A program made the translations under genes and the position numbers. A stretch of 64,000 nt of DNA from Candidatus Latescibacterota bacterium (GTDB taxonomy: Bacteria; Latescibacterota; UBA2968; UBA8231), in contig CBDETK010000013.1 in assembly GCA_965242865.1 (NCBI GenBank), positions 5,184,001-5,248,000 on the forward strand. Direction: 5' to 3'. Positions 10,355-19,470 of this stretch are shown here, piece by piece; within the stretch, counting starts at the first letter, position 1, and every line of letters starts with the position of its first letter. The notes beneath the pieces were generated by a model that was given only the letters and a program-made list of their open reading frames with translations, had not been told where the DNA came from and did no database searches.

Positions 10355-10517
10355 TGGAGTTCCGTATTGGGGTGAATGGGCGTTGGTTGTTGGACGAAGT
10401 TGAATGAGATAAGATAGGCTCTAGGGACGCGCTTCGCTGCTTAGAATATCGCCTCCTCCATTTTGGGTCAACCCTTGTCGTCCTCGCGCTCTGGGGCGAG
10501 AATTCAACCTATTCAAT

Positions 10518-11237
10518 CTAGAAGTGGGCGTCGCCAAGGTGTCCTTTCATTTCGAGTTGTAGAGAGCGGCAGAGCCTGTCCGCGAACCTCTCAACGCCGG
10601 GCAGTTCTGTGTAGTTGTGGGAATACACCGCCACGTTGAGTTCGCGGTGCCGGGCGTATTCGAGGAGATAAACATTGGTTTCTCCCGTCAGGTACAGGTC
10701 GATGTCATGGGCCATGGCATCCCGAATGTAACTGGTGTAGATACCGGCTCCCGTGACGCAAGCTATGCGTTGGACTGTTCTATGCGCGTCATACATGCTG
10801 CGTGGTTGCTCTTGCAGGAGCGAATTCAATGCCGAGCAAACCGCTTGGAAGCTCGTCGGGGCAGGCAGTTTGCCGATGCGAGCCTCGCCTGCTGAAGGTT
10901 TATAAACATGGTGACACCCGATTTTGGCGAGCAGGGTGGACGAGGTGCCAAAGTCTGCTAGATCCAACGGCAGATGAGCCCAGATATGCGTTAAGCCTTT
11001 GTCTTGGAGCAGCCCATAAACCGCATCTCTTTGCTCAAACATGAATTTCCAAGCGTCGTGATGGGTCGCAATTACATCTACGCGGAGATCAACGGCCTTA
11101 TAGATCGTCCTCGGCGTAATCGTGGTCGAATAGCCCAACGAGGTCGGCTGGTCGCAGTGCTCTACGATTCCCCATTCATCCGGGTGATCGTCGAGAAATT
11201 CTTTGGAAAAAAGATCATCCAACACAGCGCGAATCAT
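10518..11237 (-). CDS. Nif3/YbgI-like dinuclear metal centre protein
   Basis: THH, HLPLD, VTGAG, YLTGE, HNYTE motifs. Confidence 0.85.
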   Translation of the reverse strand: MIRAVLDDLFSKEFLDDHPDEWGIVEHCDQPTSLGYSTTITPRTIYKAVDLRVDVIATHHDAWKFMFEQRDAVYGLLQDKGLTHIWAHLPLDLADFGTSSTLLAKIGCHHVYKPSAGEARIGKLPAPTSFQAVCSALNSLLQEQPRSMYDAHRTVQRIACVTGAGIYTSYIRDAMAHDIDLYLTGETNVYLLEYARHRELNVAVYSHNYTELPGVERFADRLCRSLQLEMKGHLGDAHF

Positions 11238-11301
11238 ATAGCCATCCTAAATGACTTGAAAGCGTGGAACGTTCATCGGCACCGTCTTTTTGCATAGAGG
11301 G

Positions 11302-11353
11302 GTCATCCCGCGAAAGAACGTCACCCCGTGCTCCGACACGGGCGGGAATCCAG
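11302..11353 (+). repeat. Composite REP-like element, family B copy 1
   Basis: GTCATCCCGCGAAAGAACGTCACCCCGTGCTCCGACACGGGCGGGAATCCAG; near-identical copies at 16100 and 45794. Confidence 0.85.
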
Positions 11354-11378
11354 TCTTGAATGATGTAGAATTGCTATA

Positions 11379-11795
11379 TCAGTGTTTCCCGCTCCAGTAC
11401 GTTACTTCGAGCTTGATACCGTCGGGGTCAAAGAAGAACGTCGCGTAGTATCCCTCGCCGTACTCAGGACAGTCAATTGGCGGATCTTCGATGTCCACAT
11501 GCTCTAGGTTTTTGATCACCTTTTCGTAGATTCTTTCGACTTCTGCGCGTGAGTCCACAGAAAAGGCAAGATGGTGCAGTCCCGGCTTGCCCCGCTCGTG
11601 GCGGCCCGCCTCCGTAGTGCGGCCAATCAGCAGGATCATTCCATCCTTCTCGAATCGCAAACGGTCGATCTCGCCCTGCTCTGTCAGTCGCGGGGGCAAT
11701 GCTCGGAATCCAAGTTCTTCTAGCAAGGGAGAGTAAAACCTCGTCGCAGTATCTAATTCGGAGACTGATAACCGGATGTGATGGATGGCTGCCAT
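11379..11795 (-). CDS. VOC/glyoxalase family protein
   Basis: IHHIRLSVS..FY, GLHHLAF, GYYATFFFDPDGIKLE. Confidence 0.9.
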   Translation of the reverse strand: MAAIHHIRLSVSELDTATRFYSPLLEELGFRALPPRLTEQGEIDRLRFEKDGMILLIGRTTEAGRHERGKPGLHHLAFSVDSRAEVERIYEKVIKNLEHVDIEDPPIDCPEYGEGYYATFFFDPDGIKLEVTYWSGKH

Positions 11796-11802
11796 CTATT
11801 CT

Positions 11803-12115
11803 TCAGATGTTTGTCATTTGATGGTTGGTGCTACGTCGATCCTGTGTCGGCACACTGTCTCCCGATTCTTGGTCGAAGCCGGAGCCGCCACAATCGTCGC
11901 ATCTACAATCGTCCCTGTGTGCATCAGCAACCCGCGTTCCGAACTCTGTCTCTCGTGTAGTATCCATTGAGCCACCTTCCTTCTGCATCAAATGCGGTGA
12001 TTAGACGATAGAGCGGCAAATTTTCTTCGGAGCAAACAATGGCTAATGCCGACTCGTCCCAAAAGCCTGTCTCGCTTAACGTTTCGTATCGCCCAAACTC
12101 TGTCAAGAGACGCAT
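11803..12115 (-). other. Short ORFs or degraded gene directly after the RM gene
   Basis: ATG at 12115 abuts the RM stop codon; two overlapping ~63-aa frames; no recognisable family. Confidence 0.25.
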
Positions 12116-15100
12116 CTACACCGCGACCCTCGTCTCCGTATCCCCCGCTGTGAGCGCGTTCATATAGGCCAGCGTCATATCGCGGGTGCGGTAGGTGCCG
12201 AAGGCGGCTTCGTCGTCGCGGCGGACGATGGGGAAGGTGTCGAGGATGTATTCGGCGTCGTCCCGCGATAGGCAGTAGAGGTGGAAGTAGAGCGCGTCGA
12301 GGCGGGCACGTAGGTGGCGGCGTTCTTCTTCGTCCCATAAGAAGGGCTCGCCATCGTAGCCGAGGTCGCGGGCGAAAGGGGCCATGTCGTGGGCGGTGTA
12401 TGTGAGGCGGAGGACGTGGTCGCGGACGAGGTCGCGGGCGGTTTTATGGCCGAATTTTTGGTCGTATGCGTCGGGGGCGAGGACGGGGAGTTGCTCGACG
12501 ATGTACCAATTCAGGTGCGTGCCTTGAGCCTTCTGTCTTGCAACAAAGTCCACACATATCGCATTCAGGTTGGCCATGAGATACGCGGTGGCCAAGGGGT
12601 CGGCACTGAGGAGTAGAGGAATAGTGTTTCCATACCCCGCCCATGGGACGATGGAAGCAATGACTGTTCTCTCATTTGTAGGATTGGTGATGTCGCGGAA
12701 GCCCAAGGCGTACCCGCGACTTTGGGGCAAAGTTTTCTCTACGTTGTGGGCTGGCACCCAATACTGTGTTTGGGGCAGGAACCGGGGGTCGGCGTGTTGC
12801 GCTTGGGTTACTTCCTCGCTGAGGTACGGGTTGTGTGTGCTCTCTGGGTTGACGCGAACCGAGTTGGCGCGGTGGTCAAAGTGCCAAATCATCCGGCCTT
12901 GATACAGCGGCAAATACAGTTCCGCGCCTCTCTTCCAACGGTTGCCTTCGATGGGATAGAAACCTTCCGCATCGAGTTGTTCGGCCGTTCTGAAGAGATG
13001 AGAGTCATTGGTCATGTGAAACATTGTGTTATACCGCACCGGCCACACCTTGCGCTCTTTTCTTCCCGCACGATTCACCAACACCGGATACCACTCGTAG
13101 ATATATCGCGTGATCTCCGCGTCCTTCCGGCGGCGGAACACGGGCGCGGTGCTGGTATTCGGATTCACGCGGGCGAAGTCGTCTGGCGTCAATGGAAAGC
13201 AGCGGTCCTCGTCGTGGACTGTTTTTGTGTCGTGGAGGAAGAACGCGCATTCGGCGTGGTCGAATCGGCGCTCCTCGCCGCCCAAGATGAGGGCGCAGAA
13301 TTTGAATGAAGCGTGAACATCCTTGAAGAAAATTTTCTTGTTCTCAAAATCAAACAGACCGCCCACTTGACCTTTGGTCGAAACCGACTTGAAGAACCGG
13401 GCCGCGGTCTTGTCGGCGTAAATGCCCGACGGCGTCAACAAGCCAACAAAGCCATCCGGCTTAATCAGGCTCATCGCCCGCTCGACAAACAGCGAATAGA
13501 GGTTGATGTCGCCGCCACTGAGCAACGGATAATCGCCAGACGCCCGAACCAAGCGCCCGAGCGTGTCGGCTCGTTCCTTGGCTGCGTCGAACTCAGCCGC
13601 CAAAGACGATCTCTGATCGCGCAGATTCTGAATGCCTTTTCGTCGCGCCGCCGCTGTCGGCGCTAGCGCGAGTTCCGGGGCGCGGCTGGCAAACCACTCG
13701 ACTTCTTGCAACTTGATGCGATCCCACGGCGGATTGCCAATAACCGCGTCAAAGCCGCCCTGCGGACAGCGGTCTTGCCATTGATGCCACACCCCGGGAA
13801 AGGCCACCTCCCAATGCAGAAAGCCTTCCTCGTTAGCAATTTTTCGCGCCGCGTGCCACAACTCGGCAAACCGCGCATCGTCGTCCTCCGGCCCACGCGC
13901 CAATAGCTCATACGCATCCGCCGGATGCTGGCCGATCGTCGTGCCCAGCGGCCCCTCAAACGCATCGCGTTCCTGCTTCTTCATGCCAGCCGTCAGCCAA
14001 CGCCAACCGCACAAAAAATTGAGCAAGCCGCGAAGGTCGGCGGTCGTCTTCTCCACCCCGTCGAACAGCGCGGCAGACGCCTGCACCTCGGCCACATCCG
14101 CGTCGGACATCTCCTCAATGCGCTGCATCCCTTCGGTGGCCATCTCCGCCCCGGCAATGGCACTGCCAGCGAACATCCCACCGAGCCGATGCAACTCATC
14201 GGTGGCGTCGCGCACCCGCAAGCCGACCAGCGAGTCGCCGCCGCGCAGGTGGTGGTCGAGGAAAGACAGCGGCGCACCCACCGTAAAGCTGTGCAGCCAC
14301 AGCGACACTTTGGCCAACTCGACCGTCAGCCGATTCTTGTCAACCCCGTAGATGCAACGCTTGAGCACCATGCGGCGAATGATGGCTTGGTCGGTAAGCT
14401 GAGCCTCGTCCAAGACCCAATTCGATGCGGTGGCTCGCTGGCGAATGTCGTCCCGAATTGCCGCCACGCGCCCCACCAGCGGCGACGTGTACTCGCCGTC
14501 GAGCCATTCGGGAACCGCGGGAACGCGCTCGATCAACTCGGCGATGTAGTCCGACAGGAAATCTACGGCCGTGACGAGGAAGTGGCCGCTGCCCATGGCC
14601 GGATCCAAGACCTTGAGGTCCAAGACAGCCACCGCCGGATCAAACCGCTCAAGCTCAACGCGCCGTTCCTGCTTGGATCGGCGGTCGCTTTGGAGCGCCG
14701 CCGCCTTTTTTGCAAAAGCATTGAGCCGCTCGTCGGCCAGCGGTCGCAAGGTCCGCTCGACGATCAGATCGACCAGTTCCTGCGAGGTATAAAAACTGCC
14801 GCTGTCCTTGCGAGCATAGGGATTGAGGCGAATGGAAATGTTGCCGTCGGCGCGCACTGGCTCGCGCTCCAGCAGCCGCTCGTAGATCGAGCCAAGCTGT
14901 TGCACGGACATGTCGCGGTAGTTGACAAAGCGGCCTTCGACGTGGCTCAGGTCATGGATGATCGGCGCGAGGGGCGCGTCGGCGAGGCGAGTGGTTTCCA
15001 ATAGCGGCGCGGCATCCGCCGCGAACAGCCCGCCGTTGTAAGGCGGCAGCCCAATGGACTCGTCGCCTTGGTTGATGAGCTTGAACAACGTCGTCAGGTG

Positions 15101-16078
15101 GTCGTAATAGTTCGTCGCAATAGCCGAGAACGTGTCGTTCGCCGCCATCCGCCGCGCAATGTGGTCGCGGACGGGCTTGCGCAAACCATAATCGTCGTAC
15201 CGGGCATCGTTGACCGGCAGCAGATTGCGGTCTTCGGCGTAGAGCACAAACAGCAAGCGATAGAGGAAAATCAGCGCGGCATCCCGGCTCTCGGCGAGGG
15301 TTTGCCCCGACGCCTCAGCTAGCGCATCGACGAGACGGGGAAACACGCGCTCAAACACCACCCCAGAAAGGTCGTGCGCGACCTGTTCCTCATAGCGGCG
15401 ACCCTCGGCCAACGCCGCTTCGAGGAACGTGGTCGTGGCCCCAGCTTGGAGCGCGAAGGACGCACGGCAAAACAGCAGGTGAAAGACGCGGAGATCGTCT
15501 TCCCTGCCGGGCGCGAGCAATTCGCCCAAATCGACTTCAAAGTAGCCGCTGGCACGCGGCCGGGCGCGGTAATCGTAGAGCCGCCAGACCCGGCCATTGG
15601 TCAGAATGCCCCAGCGAACGCGCCCTTCCGACGCGATCTCTGCTGTCGCCAAGTACCGGAGGATTTGCCCGTGCGGCGACCCGCTCCGCTCCCGGCTGTC
15701 AAGCGAAAGCCCAAAGCGTTTGCTCTCTTCAACGACCGCCGCGTAGCCAAGGCGCGCACCGGCATTGCGCTCGGCCGCAGCCTGCTGCTTGGCATCGGCG
15801 TCGGCGAAAAGCAGGTGATCGGGAATGTCCTCGTTGCCCGCTCCGCTCTGCTGCGGCAAATAATCAACCCAGCCGAGCAACGCCAAAACCGGACGGATCA
15901 AGTCCTGCTCGGTCGCCGCTTCGTTGGGCTCTTGGGAACGGCTGAGCGCGTCGTACCGCAGTCGGACGCCATCCCGAAACGCAGCAAACGCCTCCGGCTG
16001 AGCACAAGACGCTTGCCACTCGGCCGTGGCCTTTATGCCGTCGGTGAGGAAGTAATGAGTGAACAGTTGGCCGGGCAT
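12116..16078 (-). CDS. Type IIG/IIL single-polypeptide restriction-modification enzyme (Eco57I-like)
   Basis: N-terminal PD..EESK nuclease with ILTNG..WRLY; MTase motif I DPAMGSGHFL; motif IV GNPPW; C-terminal specificity region. Confidence 0.92.
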   Translation of the reverse strand: MPGQLFTHYFLTDGIKATAEWQASCAQPEAFAAFRDGVRLRYDALSRSQEPNEAATEQDLIRPVLALLGWVDYLPQQSGAGNEDIPDHLLFADADAKQQAAAERNAGARLGYAAVVEESKRFGLSLDSRERSGSPHGQILRYLATAEIASEGRVRWGILTNGRVWRLYDYRARPRASGYFEVDLGELLAPGREDDLRVFHLLFCRASFALQAGATTTFLEAALAEGRRYEEQVAHDLSGVVFERVFPRLVDALAEASGQTLAESRDAALIFLYRLLFVLYAEDRNLLPVNDARYDDYGLRKPVRDHIARRMAANDTFSAIATNYYDHLTTLFKLINQGDESIGLPPYNGGLFAADAAPLLETTRLADAPLAPIIHDLSHVEGRFVNYRDMSVQQLGSIYERLLEREPVRADGNISIRLNPYARKDSGSFYTSQELVDLIVERTLRPLADERLNAFAKKAAALQSDRRSKQERRVELERFDPAVAVLDLKVLDPAMGSGHFLVTAVDFLSDYIAELIERVPAVPEWLDGEYTSPLVGRVAAIRDDIRQRATASNWVLDEAQLTDQAIIRRMVLKRCIYGVDKNRLTVELAKVSLWLHSFTVGAPLSFLDHHLRGGDSLVGLRVRDATDELHRLGGMFAGSAIAGAEMATEGMQRIEEMSDADVAEVQASAALFDGVEKTTADLRGLLNFLCGWRWLTAGMKKQERDAFEGPLGTTIGQHPADAYELLARGPEDDDARFAELWHAARKIANEEGFLHWEVAFPGVWHQWQDRCPQGGFDAVIGNPPWDRIKLQEVEWFASRAPELALAPTAAARRKGIQNLRDQRSSLAAEFDAAKERADTLGRLVRASGDYPLLSGGDINLYSLFVERAMSLIKPDGFVGLLTPSGIYADKTAARFFKSVSTKGQVGGLFDFENKKIFFKDVHASFKFCALILGGEERRFDHAECAFFLHDTKTVHDEDRCFPLTPDDFARVNPNTSTAPVFRRRKDAEITRYIYEWYPVLVNRAGRKERKVWPVRYNTMFHMTNDSHLFRTAEQLDAEGFYPIEGNRWKRGAELYLPLYQGRMIWHFDHRANSVRVNPESTHNPYLSEEVTQAQHADPRFLPQTQYWVPAHNVEKTLPQSRGYALGFRDITNPTNERTVIASIVPWAGYGNTIPLLLSADPLATAYLMANLNAICVDFVARQKAQGTHLNWYIVEQLPVLAPDAYDQKFGHKTARDLVRDHVLRLTYTAHDMAPFARDLGYDGEPFLWDEEERRHLRARLDALYFHLYCLSRDDAEYILDTFPIVRRDDEAAFGTYRTRDMTLAYMNALTAGDTETRVAV

Positions 16079-16099
16079 ATTCTTTTTTCTCTATGAGGC

Positions 16100-16153
16100 G
16101 TCCTTCCCGCAACGGAACGTCACCCCGTGCTCCGATACGGGGCGGGAATCCAG
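16100..16153 (+). repeat. Composite REP-like element, family B copy 2
   Basis: GTCCTTCCCGCAACGGAACGTCACCCCGTGCTCCGATACGGGGCGGGAATCCAG. Confidence 0.85.
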
Positions 16154-16197
16154 CGAGGGCCTCCTCAAACACAAGCCCCAGCGTTTGCCGACAACTT

Positions 16198-16500
16198 CTA
16201 ATTCCCTTCTAGTTGCCGCTTCCCCTGCTCAAAAACCTCGTCGGCCCATTCTAGCAACTCCTCACCCCACACCACGGCCTCGCTCCCTACCGCTTCAACC
16301 CGTTTCCACCAGTCTGCGTCGTCGCGATCTGTAAAGTACAGGCCGACCAGCAAGACCACCGCGCACACCACCGCGATCTTGAAAACCTTGCGCAGCAAGC
16401 TGCCTAGCAAGACTACCGCGGCCAACAACAACAAGACGCCAATGAACGGGTGCGCCTCCGCATATTCGATGATCGTCTCTAGGGAAAAATCGTCCAGCAT
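16198..16500 (-). CDS. Small two-TM membrane protein
   Basis: Two hydrophobic helices and an acidic tail; AGGGAG SD upstream. Confidence 0.7.
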   Translation of the reverse strand: MLDDFSLETIIEYAEAHPFIGVLLLLAAVVLLGSLLRKVFKIAVVCAVVLLVGLYFTDRDDADWWKRVEAVGSEAVVWGEELLEWADEVFEQGKRQLEGN

Positions 16501-16521
16501 AGCCAGCTCCCTTTCCTAAGG

Positions 16522-16549
16522 ATCGAGGGCGGGACGCCCTCGATCCCGG
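16522..16549. repeat. REP-like palindromic element, family A copy 2
   Basis: Reverse complement of 3277-3304, 28/28 identical. Confidence 0.8.
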
Positions 16550-16615
16550 TCGCATCAGGAACACCAGAAAAGGTATGTGCAAAGTAAGTGTCGCGTACTT
16601 AGGCCAGCTCCTAAA

Positions 16616-18046
16616 TCAGGCCAACGACGCAAACTCCCATTCCTCCAATGCCACCATCTCGTCCACCGCCACCGGCATCCCCACGCCCAAACCCGCCACT
16701 TGCAGCGATTCCACCGCAATTTTTCCTCCCCGCACATCGAGGGCCACCAACCCGCTTTCTACCTCCCGATAGAGCGGCCCATGCGCGACCAAGCAGGTCG
16801 CCTGCTCGTGCGCGGTCAGGTGATCCAACCCCCGCACGTAGTGATGCCCGTTGCGTTCGACATGCTCGATTCCCAGCGCGGCCACATGCGCCAAATCTTG
16901 GTGCAGCGACACCACCGGCAGGTTCATTAGGTCCTCGCCCGAAAGGAAACAACCCTCTCGCCGCCGCGCCAACGCCTGATTCGCCAGTGCCTTGACCAGC
17001 CCTTTGCACGCCTTGGACGAAACGCCTTTGTAGCCCAACGCCAAGGCTTGGCGGAAGGTGTCCAACGCGTCGTCCGACTCGTCGATGAGCAAGGGACGCC
17101 GCGCCGCCGCGGCGCGAATGCCCGCTTCTAAGGCCGCGTCCAACGCCACGCTCCGCTCCAGCGGTTGCTCAACGTAGAGGACGCGCTCGTACAGCCGCGG
17201 CTGTTTGGCTGCAAGAGCATCGAGCAAGCCAATGAGCGAGTCCAGCTCTCGATATTGCTCGTTGCCATCGAGCGTGATCTGGTACTCGGCAGCGCGGCCG
17301 TCCAACAGCTCGGCAATTGCGGCCAACCGCGCCAAATCGGTCGCCAAATCGCCGTTTACCTTGACCTTGAAGTACGTCAGCCCTTGGCGCTCGACGCAAT
17401 CGGCCAGCGACTGGGGCAACCCGTCGTCCAACCGCTCTTCGGGCGCAACATCGCTAATCGGATCGGCCAATCCCACCGTGTGCCGCACGTGTAGCTGCCT
17501 CAGCGGCGTCGCCCCGATCACTTGGCCGGGCGTCACCCCTTGCAGCTCGGGGTGAATCGCCCCCAACTCCAAGCCGAGGAGATTGGCCTTGAGCAACTCA
17601 AAGTAGCTCGCGCCCACCCCGCAGCCCACCGCGTCGATCAGGGCGCGCTCCATGAGCGTACTGCCGTGGACGGCCGTCAACCGATTCAGGCCGTGCGCGT
17701 CGCCCGCGGATACCGTCTGCGCGTACCCGGCTTGCCAGATCGCAAAGAAGGGCTGGGGAGATCTCGCCGCATCCAAATACGCCGACCGCGCCGACCGTGC
17801 CGCCCACAGCAAGTCGGCGACATTGTCTTGGTAGCTTTTGGCCGGGTCCTTGTCAAACCACTTCGGCGGGAGGATGTCGGCGGCCACCCCTCGTACCGGA
17901 GTGCCGTTTTTTAACGCGCCCTGAGCTACCACGTGGAGAATCGGCACGGCGGTCAGCACGGCCGCGCCGTATTTGAAGGGCATGCGGGTATGCACATTCC
18001 GCATGTAAAACCGCACATCTTCGAGCCTTATTTCTACGGCACTCAC
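16616..18046 (-). CDS. Enolase-superfamily (MLE/racemase-like) enzyme, paralogue 2
   Basis: YFKVKV, TLDGNEQY, VEQP, IDESD, SSKACKG. Confidence 0.8.
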   Translation of the reverse strand: MSAVEIRLEDVRFYMRNVHTRMPFKYGAAVLTAVPILHVVAQGALKNGTPVRGVAADILPPKWFDKDPAKSYQDNVADLLWAARSARSAYLDAARSPQPFFAIWQAGYAQTVSAGDAHGLNRLTAVHGSTLMERALIDAVGCGVGASYFELLKANLLGLELGAIHPELQGVTPGQVIGATPLRQLHVRHTVGLADPISDVAPEERLDDGLPQSLADCVERQGLTYFKVKVNGDLATDLARLAAIAELLDGRAAEYQITLDGNEQYRELDSLIGLLDALAAKQPRLYERVLYVEQPLERSVALDAALEAGIRAAAARRPLLIDESDDALDTFRQALALGYKGVSSKACKGLVKALANQALARRREGCFLSGEDLMNLPVVSLHQDLAHVAALGIEHVERNGHHYVRGLDHLTAHEQATCLVAHGPLYREVESGLVALDVRGGKIAVESLQVAGLGVGMPVAVDEMVALEEWEFASLA

Positions 18047-19470
18047 GAGAGTCGCGCCTCCTCAAGCGGCTGCATGGCCGCACCATTGACCGCGCCCTCC
18101 ACCCCGAGACCCGGCCGTTGCAGGGAGCCGACCGCGATTTGGCCGGCGCGAATGTCTAAAAAGCCGCTTTGGCTCTCAAAACGGTACAGGTCGCCGTGCC
18201 GCTCCGAGCACCACGCCCGCTCCGCTGCCGACAAGTGGTCCAGCCCCCGCACGTAGTGGTGCCCATTGCGCTCGACATGCCCGATTCCCAGCGCGGCCAC
18301 GTGCGCCAAATCTTGGTGCAGCGACACCACCGGCACCGCGGTCAAATCCTCGGCCGAGACAAAGCAGGGGCGGCCCGCAGCCGTGCGCTGCCAAGCGAGC
18401 GCGTAGTTGGCCAGTGCCTTGACCAACCCTTTGCAAGACTTGGACGAGACGCCGCTGTACCCCAAGTCCAAGGCGAGGCCGAAGGAACCCAAGGACCCGT
18501 CCGACTCGTCGATCAGCAGGGGGCGTTTCCTCGCCAAAACCCGGATGTCTCTCGCGAGCGCGGGGTTGAGGGAAAGGGCGCGGTCCATGGGCTGCTCAAC
18601 GTAGAGAATGCGGTGGTAAAACGCCCCTAACCCCTTTTCAATCCGCTCTAACAAGTCGAACAAATCGACCGCGTCGCTGTACTGTTCATTGCCGTCGAGC
18701 GTGATGTGGTACTCCACGCCGCTTTCGTCCAAAAGCGCGGCGATCTCCGCCAAACGCTCAAAATCGGCCGCCGGGTCGCCGCCGATCTTGAGCTTGAAAT
18801 AGCGCAGGCCCTGCCCCTCAAGGCACTCCTCCAAGGACTGGGGCAACCCGTCGTCCAACCGCTCCTCGGGCGCAATCGCAGCCGTGCGGATGGGATCGAC
18901 CAAGCCGACCGTGTGGCGGACGTACAGGGAGCGCAACGGAGTAGCCGGCAGCACGGTCGCGAGCTCCAACCCCGCTAACTCTGGGTGAATTTTCTCCAGC
19001 GCCAACCCGAGGACATTGCCCTGCAACATCTCGAAATAGGGCTGCTCCAGCGCGATCCCCAAGCCGTCGATGAGCGCCCGCTCCATCAGGGCCGCGCCGT
19101 TGGACGCCAGCAGGTCATTCGCGCCCCGCGCCCGACCCCACGCCCGACTAGCCTCGTAACCCGCCTCCCATATTGCAAATGGAGTCTCGCCAGTGCGACC
19201 TGCCTCCCGATAAGCGGCTGCGGCCGCACGCGCTCCATCCACCAAGTCGCGGATGCCATCGGCCATCGTCTTGCTTGGGTCTTTGTCGAACCATTTAGGC
19301 GACAGCATGTCTGCGGCCCAGCCCCGCGCCCGACGACCATTGCCCAGCTCTAGGTCCATGGCCATGTGCAGCGCGGTCAGGCTATCGGCGACCACGTTGC
19401 CGAACTTAAACGGCATCCGCATCCGCATCGCACGCACGTAAAACTCAATGTCTTTAATCGCCACTAACAT
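18043..19470 (-). CDS. Enolase-superfamily (MLE/racemase-like) enzyme, paralogue 1
   Basis: YFKLKI, TLDGNEQY, VEQP, IDESD, SSKSCKG; start MLVAIK at 19470 overlaps the argH end. Confidence 0.8.
   Translation of the reverse strand: MLVAIKDIEFYVRAMRMRMPFKFGNVVADSLTALHMAMDLELGNGRRARGWAADMLSPKWFDKDPSKTMADGIRDLVDGARAAAAAYREAGRTGETPFAIWEAGYEASRAWGRARGANDLLASNGAALMERALIDGLGIALEQPYFEMLQGNVLGLALEKIHPELAGLELATVLPATPLRSLYVRHTVGLVDPIRTAAIAPEERLDDGLPQSLEECLEGQGLRYFKLKIGGDPAADFERLAEIAALLDESGVEYHITLDGNEQYSDAVDLFDLLERIEKGLGAFYHRILYVEQPMDRALSLNPALARDIRVLARKRPLLIDESDGSLGSFGLALDLGYSGVSSKSCKGLVKALANYALAWQRTAAGRPCFVSAEDLTAVPVVSLHQDLAHVAALGIGHVERNGHHYVRGLDHLSAAERAWCSERHGDLYRFESQSGFLDIRAGQIAVGSLQRPGLGVEGAVNGAAMQPLEEARLS

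Noticed and set aside
13925-15004. Long antisense ORFs (this one and many similar)
   Set aside because: Shadow frames of GC-rich genes with no motifs
12116-16078. BREX PglX or DISARM methylase
   Set aside because: No brx/pglZ/drm partners nearby, and it has its own N-terminal nuclease, as in stand-alone Type IIG enzymes
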